From positions 565,625-629,624 of the forward strand of contig JADJGV010000034.1 of assembly GCA_016707895.1 (NCBI GenBank): a stretch of 64,000 nucleotides of DNA, read 5' to 3'. This DNA is from Myxococcales bacterium. Lineage in GTDB: Bacteria; Myxococcota_A; Polyangia; Haliangiales; Haliangiaceae. Positions 35,949 to 47,812 of this stretch are shown here, one piece after another. The stretch's first letter is position 1. Each line of letters starts with the position of its first letter. Position numbers and translations under genes: made by a program. The notes below the pieces were generated by a model. It worked only from the letters and a program-made list of their open reading frames with translations, ran no database searches and had not been told where the DNA came from.

Positions 35949-36848
35949 ATGGACCGCGCCTTCGCCGCCGCGCTGACGGTCGAGCCGCCCGCGGTGACCG
36001 CGCTGGACGCGTGGCGCGCCGCCACCGCGGCGGTGCGCGCGGCGGGATCGACGCCGATCGCGCGCGCGTTCCTGGGCGGCGTGGCCGCCGATCGGCTGGG
36101 CTTCGCGTTCGCCGGCGGCTACGCCGAGGCGCTGCGCGCGCTGGTGCCGGCCCACCCGCGGCCGCTCGCGGCGCTGTGCGCGACCGAGGAGGGCGGGGCG
36201 CACCCGCGGGCCATCCGCACCGCGCTGACCGCGGCCGGCGACGGCTTCCTCCTGGCCGGCCACAAGCGCTGGGCCACGATGTCGGCCGCCGGCGGCGACC
36301 TGCTGGTGATCGCCACCCGCGGCGACGGCCCCGACGGCAAGCCCCGGCTGGTGGCGGTGACCGTGGCCGCCGACGCCCCGGGGGTGACGCTGACGCCGGC
36401 CAGCGCGCCGTTCGTCCCCGAGATCCCGCACGCGACGGTCGCGCTGGCCGACGTGGCGGTCGCCGCCGACGCGGTGCTGCCCGGCGACGGCTACGCCACG
36501 TACCTCAAGCCGTTCCGCACCGTCGAGGACCTCCACGTCCACGCCGCGCTGTGCGGCTACCTGATCGGCGTGGCCCGGCGCCACCACCTGGGCGACGCGC
36601 TGGTCGAGCGCGGCCTGGCGCTGGCCGCGGCGCTGGCGACGCTCGGCGCCGCCGACCCGCGCGCCGCCGCCACCCACCGCGCCCTGGCCGGCGCGATCGA
36701 TCTGGCCAGCGACCAGGTCGCCGCGCTGGAGGCCGCCTGGGCCGCGGTCGGCGGCGACGAGTGGCAGCGCTGGCAGCGCGACCGGCCGCTCCTGGGCGTG
36801 GCCCGGGCCGCCCGGGCCGCCCGGCTCGAGCGCGCCCGGCAGGGGTAA
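35949..36848 (+). CDS. acyl-CoA dehydrogenase-like protein (short)
   Basis: Ala-rich sequence with acyl-CoA-DH middle and C-terminal-like segments. The assignment is only moderately supported. Confidence 0.5.
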   Translation: MDRAFAAALTVEPPAVTALDAWRAATAAVRAAGSTPIARAFLGGVAADRLGFAFAGGYAEALRALVPAHPRPLAALCATEEGGAHPRAIRTALTAAGDGFLLAGHKRWATMSAAGGDLLVIATRGDGPDGKPRLVAVTVAADAPGVTLTPASAPFVPEIPHATVALADVAVAADAVLPGDGYATYLKPFRTVEDLHVHAALCGYLIGVARRHHLGDALVERGLALAAALATLGAADPRAAATHRALAGAIDLASDQVAALEAAWAAVGGDEWQRWQRDRPLLGVARAARAARLERARQG

Positions 36849-36901
36849 CCGGACCAAACCGCAGGCGGAGCTGGATCCGGAGCGTCGATCCCGTGTGGTT
36901 T

Positions 36902-36917
36902 AGCAACATCGGTGCCA
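36902..36917 (-). promoter_or_regulatory. sigma-54-type -24/-12 promoter-like motif TGGCACCGATGTTGCT (minus strand)
   Basis: Reverse complement of 36902-36917 reads TGGCAC-N5-TTGCT, which matches the consensus TGGCACG-N4-TTGCW. Confidence 0.35.
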
Positions 36918-37054
36918 CAAGCCGTCGCCGGGGGTAGACATCATCCGATGGCTTGGGTAGAGTCGTGACGAGTTGGGCTAATGCCAACTTCGGGCCAGCG
37001 TGAAGGGCGGCCCGTGCCTCATTCCAACGTTACGGAATTAAAGGAGGATCGCCG

Positions 37055-38574
37055 ATGGGCATGGAGATGCGCCAAGAGCTGCGACTGAGTCAGCAGCTCG
37101 TCATGACGCCTCAGCTCCAGCAGGCGATCAAGCTGCTTCAGCTGTCCCGCATGGAGCTCGTGGACATGGTCCACGAGGAGATGCTCGAGAACCCGATCCT
37201 CGAAGACGACTTCGAGGTCTCAGCCGAGCAGGGCAAGGAGCGAGAGCTCCTGGGCGGCGACGACCAGCTCGCGATGCAGATGGAGCGAGCCGGCAACACC
37301 GAGCTACCCCCGCTCGAGCAGACGCCGGTCGAGAACGCCAACCAGGTCGAGGTCAAGGCCGACGGCACCGCGGTCAACGAGATCGACTGGGAGAACTACC
37401 TCGACAACTACTCGAGCGCCTCGCCGATGCCGTCGTACCGCGGCGACAGCGAGGACCTGCCGTCGCTCGAGGCCACGCTCACCCGGCCGCCGTCGCTCCA
37501 CGACCACCTGGCCTGGCAGCTCAAGCTGTCGGACCTCGAGGATCGCGAGAAGGAGCTGGGGCTCATCATCATCGGCAACATCGACGCCGATGGCTACTTC
37601 AAGGAGCCGACGGTCAGCGAGCTGGCCGCCGACGAGGGTGTCAGCGAGGAGCTGGTCGAGAAGGTGCTGGAGAAGATCCAGACCTTCGATCCGGTCGGCA
37701 TCGGCGCGCGCAACCTCGCCGAGTGCATGCTGATCCAGGCCATCGCGTGCGGCCAGGACGACGACCTCGTCGTCAAGATGATCAAGAGCCACCTCAACAA
37801 CCTGGTGAAGAAGAACTACGCGGCGATCGTGCGCGATCTGAAGAAGCCGCCGCCGGCGCCGCAGATGGACATCGAGGAGATCTACGAGGCGGCCAAGGTC
37901 ATCATGGAGTTCGACCCGCGCCCGGGTCGGCAGTACGCCTCCGACGATCCGCACTACATCACCCCCGACGTCTACATCCACAAGGTCGGCGACAAGTTCT
38001 TCGTCGTGCCCAACGACGACGGCCTGCCCAAGCTGAAGATCGCCAACTTCTACAAGGCGGCGATGGGCTCGGGGGAGAAGTCCAAGGAGTACGTCCAGGA
38101 CAAGATGCGGTCGGCGCAGTGGCTGATCCGCTCGATCCAGCAGCGCCAGCGCACGATCATCAAGGTCGCCGAGTCGATCCTGAAGTTCCAGCGCGAGTTC
38201 TTCGACAAGGGCATCGCCCACCTGAAGCCGCTGATCCTGCGCTCGACATCGCCGAGGACATCGGCATGCACGAGTCGACGGTGTCGCGCGTGACGACCAA
38301 CAAGTACGTCCACACGCCGCAGGGCATCTACGAGCTGAAGTTCTTCTTCAACTCGGGCATCTCGTCGTCGTCGGGCGACGACCTCGCCTCGCAGGCGGTC
38401 AAGTCCAAGATCAAGGAGCTGGTCGACGCCGAGGACGCCAAGCGCCCGCACAGCGACCAGAAGATCGTCGAGCTGCTCAAGAAGGGCGGCATCAACATCG
38501 CCCGCCGCACCGTCGCCAAGTACCGCGAGCAGATGGGCATCCTGTCGTCGAGCCAGCGCAAGCAGGTGTTCTGA
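37055..38574 (+). CDS. rpoN: RNA polymerase sigma-54 factor RpoN, interrupted by an apparent frameshift near 38240
   Basis: AAGGAGG RBS 7 nt upstream of ATG 37055. Glutamine-rich region I, core-binding region, and the RpoN box ARRTVAKYRE. The HTH/RpoN-box part (DIAEDIGMHESTVSRV...) lies in a different frame (track ORFs 37055..38293 and 37723..38574). Confidence 0.85.
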
Positions 38575-38640
38575 CAGCCGCCCGCCATTCGCCGTCGCTG
38601 GTGTGCGAGGCCGTCGGGATGCCGCCGGTCCGGTCGCGGG

Positions 38641-39519
38641 TCAGAAGCCGGAGAAGGCGCGGAGGCGGGCGGCGTCGGGGGTGGTGCGGCCGGCGGCGTC
38701 GCGCAGCACGAGCTCGTCGGTGGCGAGCGGCGCGGCGGCGTGGGCCAGGGTCCAGACGGCGAACAGCGGCGGCTTGGGGGCGTGGGCCACGATCGCGGTG
38801 CGGGCGACGACGTGCAGGCCGACCTCGGCGGCGGCGGCCTGCAGCCGGCCCTCGGTGCGCGCGTCGCCGCACAAGACCAGCGCGCCGCCGGGCGCCAGCG
38901 CCGCCGCGCCGGCCACGACGTAGGCGTCGATGCCGCCGCGGTACTCGATGCGCGCGTAGGCCCGCTGCTCGTCCTGGGCGTCGACCGCGGCGTCCGGGGG
39001 GAAGTACGGCGGCGTGCCGGTGACCAGATCGAACAGGCCGACCCGCAGCTCGCGCAGATCGCCGTGGTGGATCGCGACCCGCGCGCCGAGCTGGTTGCGC
39101 CGGACGTTCTCGGTCAGGAGCGCGAACGACACCGCCTGGGCCTCGATGCCGACCAGCGTCGCCGCCGGCAGGCTCCACGCCAGGTGCAGCAGCACCGAGC
39201 CGATGCCGCAGCCGAGGTCGAGGATCCGCCGCGCGTCGGGCGCGCGCCGGCACGCCACGTACGCGGTGGCCATGTCGTCGCTCGAGAACCGGTGGCCGCG
39301 GGCGCGCTGGACGATCGTCAGGTCGCGGGTGAGCCGGTCCTCGGTCAGCGGGCCCCAGCGCGGGTCGAGCATGCGCGCGTGTACCAGATCGCGGCGCGCC
39401 GTGGCGCGGCCGGCGGCGAGATCGTAGCTCCGGCGCGCGCGTGAGGGAAGGGCGGCGGGAGGCAACCGTCGGGCGGCGCGCGTGGCGTCGAAGAGTCGAC
39501 GAAGAACGTGTTGTCGCAC
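38641..39519 (-). CDS. N6-adenine-type methyltransferase, YfiC/TrmN6-like
   Basis: Rossmann motif ILDLGCGIG and an NPPY-like TPPYF motif. The start may be the internal ATG 39372. Confidence 0.75.
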   Translation of the reverse strand: MRQHVLRRLFDATRAARRLPPAALPSRARRSYDLAAGRATARRDLVHARMLDPRWGPLTEDRLTRDLTIVQRARGHRFSSDDMATAYVACRRAPDARRILDLGCGIGSVLLHLAWSLPAATLVGIEAQAVSFALLTENVRRNQLGARVAIHHGDLRELRVGLFDLVTGTPPYFPPDAAVDAQDEQRAYARIEYRGGIDAYVVAGAAALAPGGALVLCGDARTEGRLQAAAAEVGLHVVARTAIVAHAPKPPLFAVWTLAHAAAPLATDELVLRDAAGRTTPDAARLRAFSGF

Positions 39520-39576
39520 TTCCGCGATGCTGTCGCAGCGTTACACTTGTCGTGTAACAACGGCTTCGGAGGCCAA

Positions 39577-40158
<582 letters not shown>

Positions 40159-40262
40159 CGGGATCGGTAGGCCCGCCGGGGAGGGCCCCCGGCGCCCGAT
40201 CACGGGGGTAGCGGACCGTTGGGGTTGCTGGGTGACCGTGATAGGGTGGCCGCCACCGAGCC

Positions 40263-40723
40263 ATGAAGATCGTCGATCTGATCGGGCGCGACATGATCGT
40301 GCCGGCGCTGGCCGGGACGGACAAGCGGTCCATTCTCGAAGAGCTGGCCGCCCACGTCGCGCGCCAGCACCCCCGCATCGATCGCGCCACCCTCACCCGT
40401 GTGCTGGTCGATCGCGAGGCCCTGGCCTCGACGGCGATCGGCGAGGGCGTCGCGATCCCCCACGGCAAGCTCAGCGCGGTGACGGAGATCGTCGCCTGCC
40501 TGGGCCGGGCGCGCGCCGGCGTCGACTTCGACGCGATGGACAAGCAGTCCACCTACCTGTTCTTCGTCCTGGTGGCGCCCGAGTCGTCGACCGGCGCCCA
40601 CCTGAAGGCCCTGGCCCGGATCAGCCGCGTGTTCAAGGACGGCAGCTTCCGCAAGCGTCTGCTCGAGGCGCCCGACGCCGACGGCATGTTCGCGGTGATC
40701 GCCGAGGAAGACGCCAAGTACTG

Positions 40724-40724
<1 letters not shown>
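40263..40724 (+). CDS. ptsN: PTS IIA-Ntr nitrogen regulatory protein PtsN
   Basis: EIIA-fructose/Ntr family (active-site His in IPHGK). Confidence 0.85.
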
Positions 40725-41692
<968 letters not shown>

Positions 41693-41695
41693 GCC

Positions 41696-42536
41696 ATGCA
41701 GATCGTCGTCGTCACCGGGCTGTCGGGGGCGGGCAAGTCCAGCGCGCTGCGCGCGGCTCGAGGACATCGAGTATTACTGCGTCGACAACCTGCCGCTGCC
41801 GTTCATGACCGAGCTGGTCGAGGCGCTGGCCCGCGACGGCCAGGCCGACAAGCTGGCGGTGGCGATCGACTCGCGGCAGCGCCGCTACCTGCCGACGTGG
41901 GGCGCCGAGCTGGCCAAGCTGCGCGGCGCCGGCCACCGCCTCGAGGTGATGTTCCTCGACGCCAAGGACGACGTGCTCTTGCGCCGGTTCTCCGAGACCC
42001 GGCGCCGCCACCCGCTGTCGGGCGACGAGGTGTCCGAGGGCATCCGCCGCGATCGCGAGCTGCTCGCCGAGCTGCGGATCGGCGCCGCGGTGGTCGACAC
42101 GTCGAACCTGACGACCCACCAGTTCAAGGCGATCATCCAGGACCGCTACGGCGGCACCGGCAAGCTGGCGGTGACGCTGGTGTCGTTCGGGTGGAAGCAC
42201 GGCGCGCCGGTCGAGTTCAACCTGGTGTTCGACGTCCGGTTCCTGCCCAACCCGTACTTCGAGCCGACCTTGACCCACAAGGACGGCCGCGACCCCGACG
42301 TCGCGCGGTTCGTGTGCGCCTCGGCCGACGGCCTCGAGCTGGTCGAGCGGGTCGAGAGCCTGCTGCGGTTCTCGCTGCCGCAGTTCCAGCAAGAGGGCAA
42401 GCTGTACGTGACCGTGGCGGTGGGCTGCACGGGTGGCCGGCATCGCTCGGTCGCCATCGTCGAAGAGCTGCGCCGGCGGCTCGGCGGCGACTGGGACATC
42501 CTGGTCCGGCATCGCGACGTTGATCGAGGGGAGTGA
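41696..42536 (+). CDS. rapZ: RNase adaptor / nucleotide-binding protein RapZ, with an apparent +1 frameshift near 41752
   Basis: N-terminal MQIVVVTGLSGAGKSSALRA (Walker A) in one frame. The continuation LEDIEYYCVDNLPLPF... runs to the C-terminus in the next frame (ORFs 41696.. and 41805..42536). Confidence 0.8.
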
Positions 42537-42817
42537 CGATGTCCGAGATTGCACAGCAGGCGATCGTGATCAGCAACGAGCTGGGGCTGCACGCGCGCGC
42601 CGCCACCAAGTTCGTGCAGCTGGCGGGCAAGTACCCGTGCGACGTCGTCGTCGGCAAGGACGGCCACGACGTCAACGGCAAGAGCATCATGGGCGTGCTC
42701 ATGCTGGTGGCGTCGAAGGGGACGACGATCGTGATCAGCGCCAAGGGGCCGCAGGCCGCCGACGCGGTCGCGGCGCTGGTCAAGCTGGTCCAGGACAAGT
42801 TCGGCGAGGAGCGCTAG
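42533..42817 (+). CDS. ptsH: phosphocarrier protein HPr
   Basis: HPr fold (LGLHARAAT). The start is GTG 42533 or ATG 42539. Confidence 0.85.
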   Translation: MTMSEIAQQAIVISNELGLHARAATKFVQLAGKYPCDVVVGKDGHDVNGKSIMGVLMLVASKGTTIVISAKGPQAADAVAALVKLVQDKFGEER

Positions 42818-42820
42818 CCG

Positions 42821-44626
42821 GTGTCCGAGCGCGACCGCGAGCACGCCGGCGAGCGCCCCACCGGCGAGATCCGCCGGGACGGCGTCGCGGTCTCGGCCGG
42901 CATCGCGATCGGGCGCGCGTTCCTGGTCGGCCGCGATCTGATCAAGGAGCCGCGCTATCACGTCGAGGCCGACGACGTCGACAGCGAGGTCGCGCGCCTG
43001 CGCAAGGCGATCGCGTCGTCCGACAAGCAGCTGGCCAAGATCAAGAGCAAGCTGGCCGAGGAGGAGGCGTCGAGCGACTTCCACATCATCACCGCCCACC
43101 AGCTGATGCTCCACGACGAGCACCTGGTCGACGCGACGATCGGGTACATCAAGGACGAGCTGATCAACGCCGAGTGGGCGCTGACCAAGGCGGTCGGCGA
43201 CATCCGCGGCGTGTTCGACGCGATCGAGGACGACTACTTCCGCGAGCGCCGCAGCGACGTCGACTTCGTCGGCGAGCGCGTGCTGCGCAACCTGCTGGGC
43301 AAGGAGACCGGGCCGCTCAAGCCGCCGCCCGACGCGATCGTCGTCGCCTACGACCTGTCGCCGGCCGACACCGCGCAGCTGCACAAGCACGCGGTGGCGG
43401 GCCTGATCACCGACGCCGGCGGCAAGACCTCGCACACCGCGATCATCGCCCGCGCCCACGAGCTGCCGGCGGTGGTCGGCCTCGAGGACATCACCGAGCT
43501 GGTGCTCGACGACGACCTGCTGATCGTCGACGGCGGCGCCGGCGTGGTGATCGTCAACCCGACGCCGACGACGGTCGGGCAGTACCGCGATCAGCAGCGC
43601 AAGCAGGTGGCGCTCGAGGAGCAGCTGCTCGGCAACAAGGACCTGCCGGCCACGACCAAGGATGGCGTGGCGGTGCAGCTCTACGCCAACATCGACGGCC
43701 CCGACGAGATCGACGGCGCGCTCGAGCACGGCGCGGTCGGCATCGGCCTGTACCGCACCGAGTACCTGTTCATGGTGGGCGACCACGTCCCCGACGAGGA
43801 GACCCACTACAAGACCGCGGTCGAGGTGCTCGAGCGGATGGCCGGCCGGCCGGTGACGATGCGCACCTTCGATCTGGGCGCCGACAAGCTGGCCAAGTTC
43901 CTCGAGGAGGCCGCCCTCGACGAGGCCAACCCGGCGCTGGGGCTGCGCTCGATCCGGCTGTGCCTGGCCGACCTGGGGCAGGGGCTGTTCCGCACCCAGC
44001 TGCGCGGCCTGTTGCGCGCCAGCGCCCACGGGCCGCTGCGGATCATGTTCCCGATGATCTCGGGGGTCGCCGAGCTGCGCGCGGCGATGGCGGTGCTCGA
44101 CGACGTCAAGCGCGAGCTGCGGGCGTCGAAGGTGCCCTTCGACGAGCACATCAAGATCGGCATCATGATCGAGATGCCGGCGGCGGCGGTGATCGCCGAC
44201 CTGCTGGCCAAGGAGACCGCGTTCTTCTCGATCGGCACCAACGACCTCATCCAGTACACGATGGCGGTCGATCGCGTGAACGAGCTGGTGTCGTACCTGT
44301 ACGAGCCGCTGCACCCGGCGCTGTTGCGGCTGGTGCGCGACACGGCGATCGCCGCCCACGCGGCGGGGATCCCGGTCAGCCTGTGCGGCGAGATGGCGGC
44401 CGACCCGCTGGTGGCGCCGGTGCTGCTCGGCCTGGGGATCACCGAGCTGTCGATGAGCGCGGTGTCGATCCCCGAGGTCAAGGGGCTGGTGCGCGCGAGC
44501 ACGATGAGCGAGCTGCAGGCGCTGGTGGCGCGGGTGGTGTCGCTGCCGACGGCGGAGGAGATCCGGGCGGCGGTGACGGCGTACATGGCCAGCGTGACGG
44601 CGGCGGCGGCCGCGGCGGGGAAGTAG
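42821..44626 (+). CDS. ptsI: phosphoenolpyruvate-protein phosphotransferase (PTS enzyme I)
   Basis: Full EI similarity (phospho-His region GGKTSHTAI, PEP-utilising domain). Confidence 0.9.
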   Translation: MSERDREHAGERPTGEIRRDGVAVSAGIAIGRAFLVGRDLIKEPRYHVEADDVDSEVARLRKAIASSDKQLAKIKSKLAEEEASSDFHIITAHQLMLHDEHLVDATIGYIKDELINAEWALTKAVGDIRGVFDAIEDDYFRERRSDVDFVGERVLRNLLGKETGPLKPPPDAIVVAYDLSPADTAQLHKHAVAGLITDAGGKTSHTAIIARAHELPAVVGLEDITELVLDDDLLIVDGGAGVVIVNPTPTTVGQYRDQQRKQVALEEQLLGNKDLPATTKDGVAVQLYANIDGPDEIDGALEHGAVGIGLYRTEYLFMVGDHVPDEETHYKTAVEVLERMAGRPVTMRTFDLGADKLAKFLEEAALDEANPALGLRSIRLCLADLGQGLFRTQLRGLLRASAHGPLRIMFPMISGVAELRAAMAVLDDVKRELRASKVPFDEHIKIGIMIEMPAAAVIADLLAKETAFFSIGTNDLIQYTMAVDRVNELVSYLYEPLHPALLRLVRDTAIAAHAAGIPVSLCGEMAADPLVAPVLLGLGITELSMSAVSIPEVKGLVRASTMSELQALVARVVSLPTAEEIRAAVTAYMASVTAAAAAAGK

Positions 44627-44782
44627 GCGGCCGGGCCGGCGCCGGCTGCGGCGGGTCTTGTGGTTCTCGCCAGGCATGTGAACGGGTGGCGACTCACCGG
44701 CCCGGCGGCGTGGGGCGGGCGCGCGTGCTCGCGTGGTTAGGCGAGGGTGGACGCGGCACGTGGCTTGCTCTTCGATGGCGCG

Positions 44783-46076
44783 ATGCGCGCTTCGATCTCC
44801 CCGGTCCTCCCCGCGGTCCTGTGCTCGGTGCTGGCGCTCGCGTGCGGCGGGACGGAGGGGGACGACGACCGCCGGGCCGGGGCGGTGGCCTTGCCCGGGG
44901 TCGCGATCGACCACGTCGTGATCGACTCGACGGGCGCCGCGATCGTGGGGGGCCGGTTCGGCGGCACGATCGATCTGGGCGATGGGCCGCCGATCACGGC
45001 GGTCGCGCAGGTCGATGGCTTCACGGCCAAGGTGACGCCGGCGGGCGAGGTCCTGTGGTGGCGGCGTCCAGGTCAACGACGTCGGTCGCGACGATCAGGT
45101 CACCGGCCTCGCTGTCATGCCCGACGATTCGGTGATCGTGACCGGCTACGTCGAGGGTGTGGTCGACCTCGGCGGCGGACCGCTGGGCGGCGACGACGAC
45201 GGTGCGCCGGACCCCGGCATGCTGTTCGTCGCGCGCTACGCGGCGGACGGCACCCACCTGTGGTCGAAGCGCTGGCGCAGCGTGAACGGCAGCTCGTCGG
45301 CCGAGCTGCCGGTGGTGTCCGACGACGGCTCGATCTATCTGATCGGGCACTTCAACGGCGGCGCGACGATCGCGCCGGTCGCGCTCACGTTCGGGCTGGA
45401 GAAGGTGCTCGTGAAGGTGTCGGCGGATGGCGCGGTGCAGTGGGCGCGCCCGGTGCGTGACCCGGCCTCCGACGGCGAGCCCCGGTACAACGTGTCGGGG
45501 CTCGCGGCGCACGGCGACGACGTCTTGCTGAGCGGCTGGGTGGACGGCGGCACCGACCTCGGCGCGGGCCCGGTCGCCGACACGGTCGCGACGTACGCGA
45601 TGGTGCGCGACGCGGCCGACGGCGCGATCGCCGCCGTGCACCCGTACACCCCGGTCGAGACCGCCAGCGGCGATCGGCCGATGGCGGTCGCGCCCGACGG
45701 CCGCGTCATCCTCGGCGGCGCGCACCTCACCTGGCTCGCGCCGGATCTGACCGTCGCCCGGTCGATCGATCTGTCGGACCTGAGCGCCGCCGGTCTCCGC
45801 GCGGGTCAGGTCGCGGTCGCGTCGAACGGCGACGTGGCGTGGGCGTCGACCGTCGCCCACGTCCGCTACTCGTCCGCGGGCGTCGAGCTGGCGCGCGAGG
45901 ATCAGACGCCGGTCGACCCGCGCGACGCGCCGCTGCGCATCGGCGACGTCGCCGTGGGCCCCGACGATCGCGTCGTGCTGGCCGGCGCCTTCGCGGCCAC
46001 GATCGCGCTCGGCGGCCGCCGGCTCGACCTGCCGACCGGCGCGACCGGCGCGGGCTTCGTGATCTGGACCGAGTGA
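44783..46076 (+). CDS. lipoprotein with beta-propeller-like repeats, apparent frameshift near 45066
   Basis: LALAC lipobox. Repeated D-G-x-x-x-W motifs span two track ORFs (44747..45460 and 45117..46076) in adjacent frames. Confidence 0.5.
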
Positions 46077-46098
46077 GCCGGCGCGGGCGGCCGGGACG

Positions 46099-46884
46099 TC
46101 AGATCGACAGGTCGTGCTGGCTGGACTCGTCGAGGCGGCGGGCGCCCTCGAGCAGCAGGTTCATCGTCGAGGTCTGGACGCGATCGACGCCCTCGACCTC
46201 GCAGGTGACGAGCTCGAAGCTGCCGGTCGACCACGCGAGCAGGTAGTAGACGCACTCGGCGTCGACGGGATCGGGGCGATCGTCGAGGCGGGCGTGGACG
46301 ACGCGGCCGTTGCGCACGAGGATCTGCGCGGTGCTGCCGCCGCCGTTCTTGAGCGTCAGCACGCCGGTCTTGCGCTCCATCTCGACCATGGTCAGCAGCG
46401 CGGCCAGGCCGATCTGCGCGAGGTCGCCCTTGAGCGACGGGCCGAGGATGGTCTCGCGCGCCTCCTGGGCCATGGCCTGGGTGCGGCGCATGGTCTTGGC
46501 GACCCGCAGATCGAGCTCCTCGAAGCGGAACGGCTTGGGCACGTAGTCGTCGGCGCCGAGCCGGAAGCCGCGGATGCGATCCTCGTCGGACGACAGCGCG
46601 GTCAGGAAGATCACCGGCAGCGTCGCGAACTCCGGCCGCGCGCGCAGCGCCTTGACCAGCGCCCAGCCGTCCATCTTGGGCATCATCACGTCGCTGATGA
46701 GCAGATCGGGCGGGTTGGCCAGCGCCTTGGTCAGCGCCTCCTCACCATCGGTCGCGGTGATGACGGCGTAGCCTCGCTTCTCGAGCACGGTCGCGACCAT
46801 GCGGAGGATCCAGGCGTCGTCGTCAGCGACGAGCACGACCGGTGGCACCTCACCAGGATAGTGGCGGGGCGCGGTGGCGGTCAA
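46099..46884 (-). CDS. response regulator, receiver + DUF4388 (PATAN-like) domain
   Basis: Receiver motifs [17 protein letters not shown] and the conserved K in DYVPKP, then a DUF4388-like C-terminal domain. Confidence 0.8.
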   Translation of the reverse strand: MTATAPRHYPGEVPPVVLVADDDAWILRMVATVLEKRGYAVITATDGEEALTKALANPPDLLISDVMMPKMDGWALVKALRARPEFATLPVIFLTALSSDEDRIRGFRLGADDYVPKPFRFEELDLRVAKTMRRTQAMAQEARETILGPSLKGDLAQIGLAALLTMVEMERKTGVLTLKNGGGSTAQILVRNGRVVHARLDDRPDPVDAECVYYLLAWSTGSFELVTCEVEGVDRVQTSTMNLLLEGARRLDESSQHDLSI

Positions 46885-46903
46885 TCCGCCGCGTCAGCCG
46901 CGA

Positions 46904-47812
46904 TCACGGCATCCGCGCCGGCCCGGGGCCGGGGCGGGGGGGGGGCGCGGGCGCGGTCAGCGTGGCCTGGCTCCAGGCGCCGCCGCGCTGCAGCCACACC
47001 GCGCCGCTGGCCAGCGGCAGGAACACCGTGCCGTCGGCGTGGACGGCCAGCGCCAGCGGGCGATCGTCGTCGGCGACCGCCGGCGCGGCGACCTCCTGCC
47101 ACGCGCCCCGGACCCGGCGCGCCAGGATCGGCCCGGCGGCGCGCCGCGCGAACACCCACGCGGCGCCGTCGGGCGCGGTGGTGGCGGCCAGCGGGGTCAG
47201 GCGCTCGCCGCCCAGCACCACCGGCGCGGCGGCCTTGGCCGCGACGTCGAACAGCGCGCCGTCGGCGGCGATCGCCAGCGGCGCGGCCCCGCTGGCGAAC
47301 CGGGTGACGCTGGCGGTGGCGTGATCGACGAGGCGCTTGCCGGCCAGGCGCCAGAGGCGATCGGCGCCGGCGACGTAGACCTTGCTGTCGCTGCCGGCCC
47401 ACAGCGCGACGATCCCGGCCGGCGCCGCGCCGACGCGGACCCACGCCTTGGCCTTCCATACGAACACGTTGCGGCCGATCGCGAACGCCGGGTGCGGGCC
47501 ACCGCCCATCACGGTCTTGCCGCGCTCGCCGAGCCGCAGCGCCTGCCATCCGTCGGGATCGAGGCGGTAGGCCGGCGTGGCCTTGCCGACCACCACCAGC
47601 TGCGCCGCGACCACCGCGCCGCCGACGTCGGCGGCGACGCCGCCACCCGCGTCGCGGGTCCAGGCGCCGTGGCCGTCAGGCTGCCACACCTGCCCCGAGG
47701 GGCCGACCAGCGTCGAGGCCAGCGGATCGGGCGCCAGCGCGACCGCGGCCAGCGGCTCGGCGGTCGCCGCGCCAGCGCTCGCCAGCACCAGGGCGGCGAG
47801 GAGGCGCTTCAC
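46904..47812 (-). CDS. secreted hypothetical protein
   Basis: Signal peptide MKRLLAALVLASAGAATA. Start ATG 47812 overlaps the upstream gene's stop. Confidence 0.5.
   Translation of the reverse strand: MKRLLAALVLASAGAATAEPLAAVALAPDPLASTLVGPSGQVWQPDGHGAWTRDAGGGVAADVGGAVVAAQLVVVGKATPAYRLDPDGWQALRLGERGKTVMGGGPHPAFAIGRNVFVWKAKAWVRVGAAPAGIVALWAGSDSKVYVAGADRLWRLAGKRLVDHATASVTRFASGAAPLAIAADGALFDVAAKAAAPVVLGGERLTPLAATTAPDGAAWVFARRAAGPILARRVRGAWQEVAAPAVADDDRPLALAVHADGTVFLPLASGAVWLQRGGAWSQATLTAPAPPPRPGPGPARMP

Noticed and set aside
36941-37010. possible tRNA or structured RNA upstream of rpoN
   Set aside because: No T-loop (GTTCRANYC) or acceptor-stem pairing. Only a short hairpin is present.
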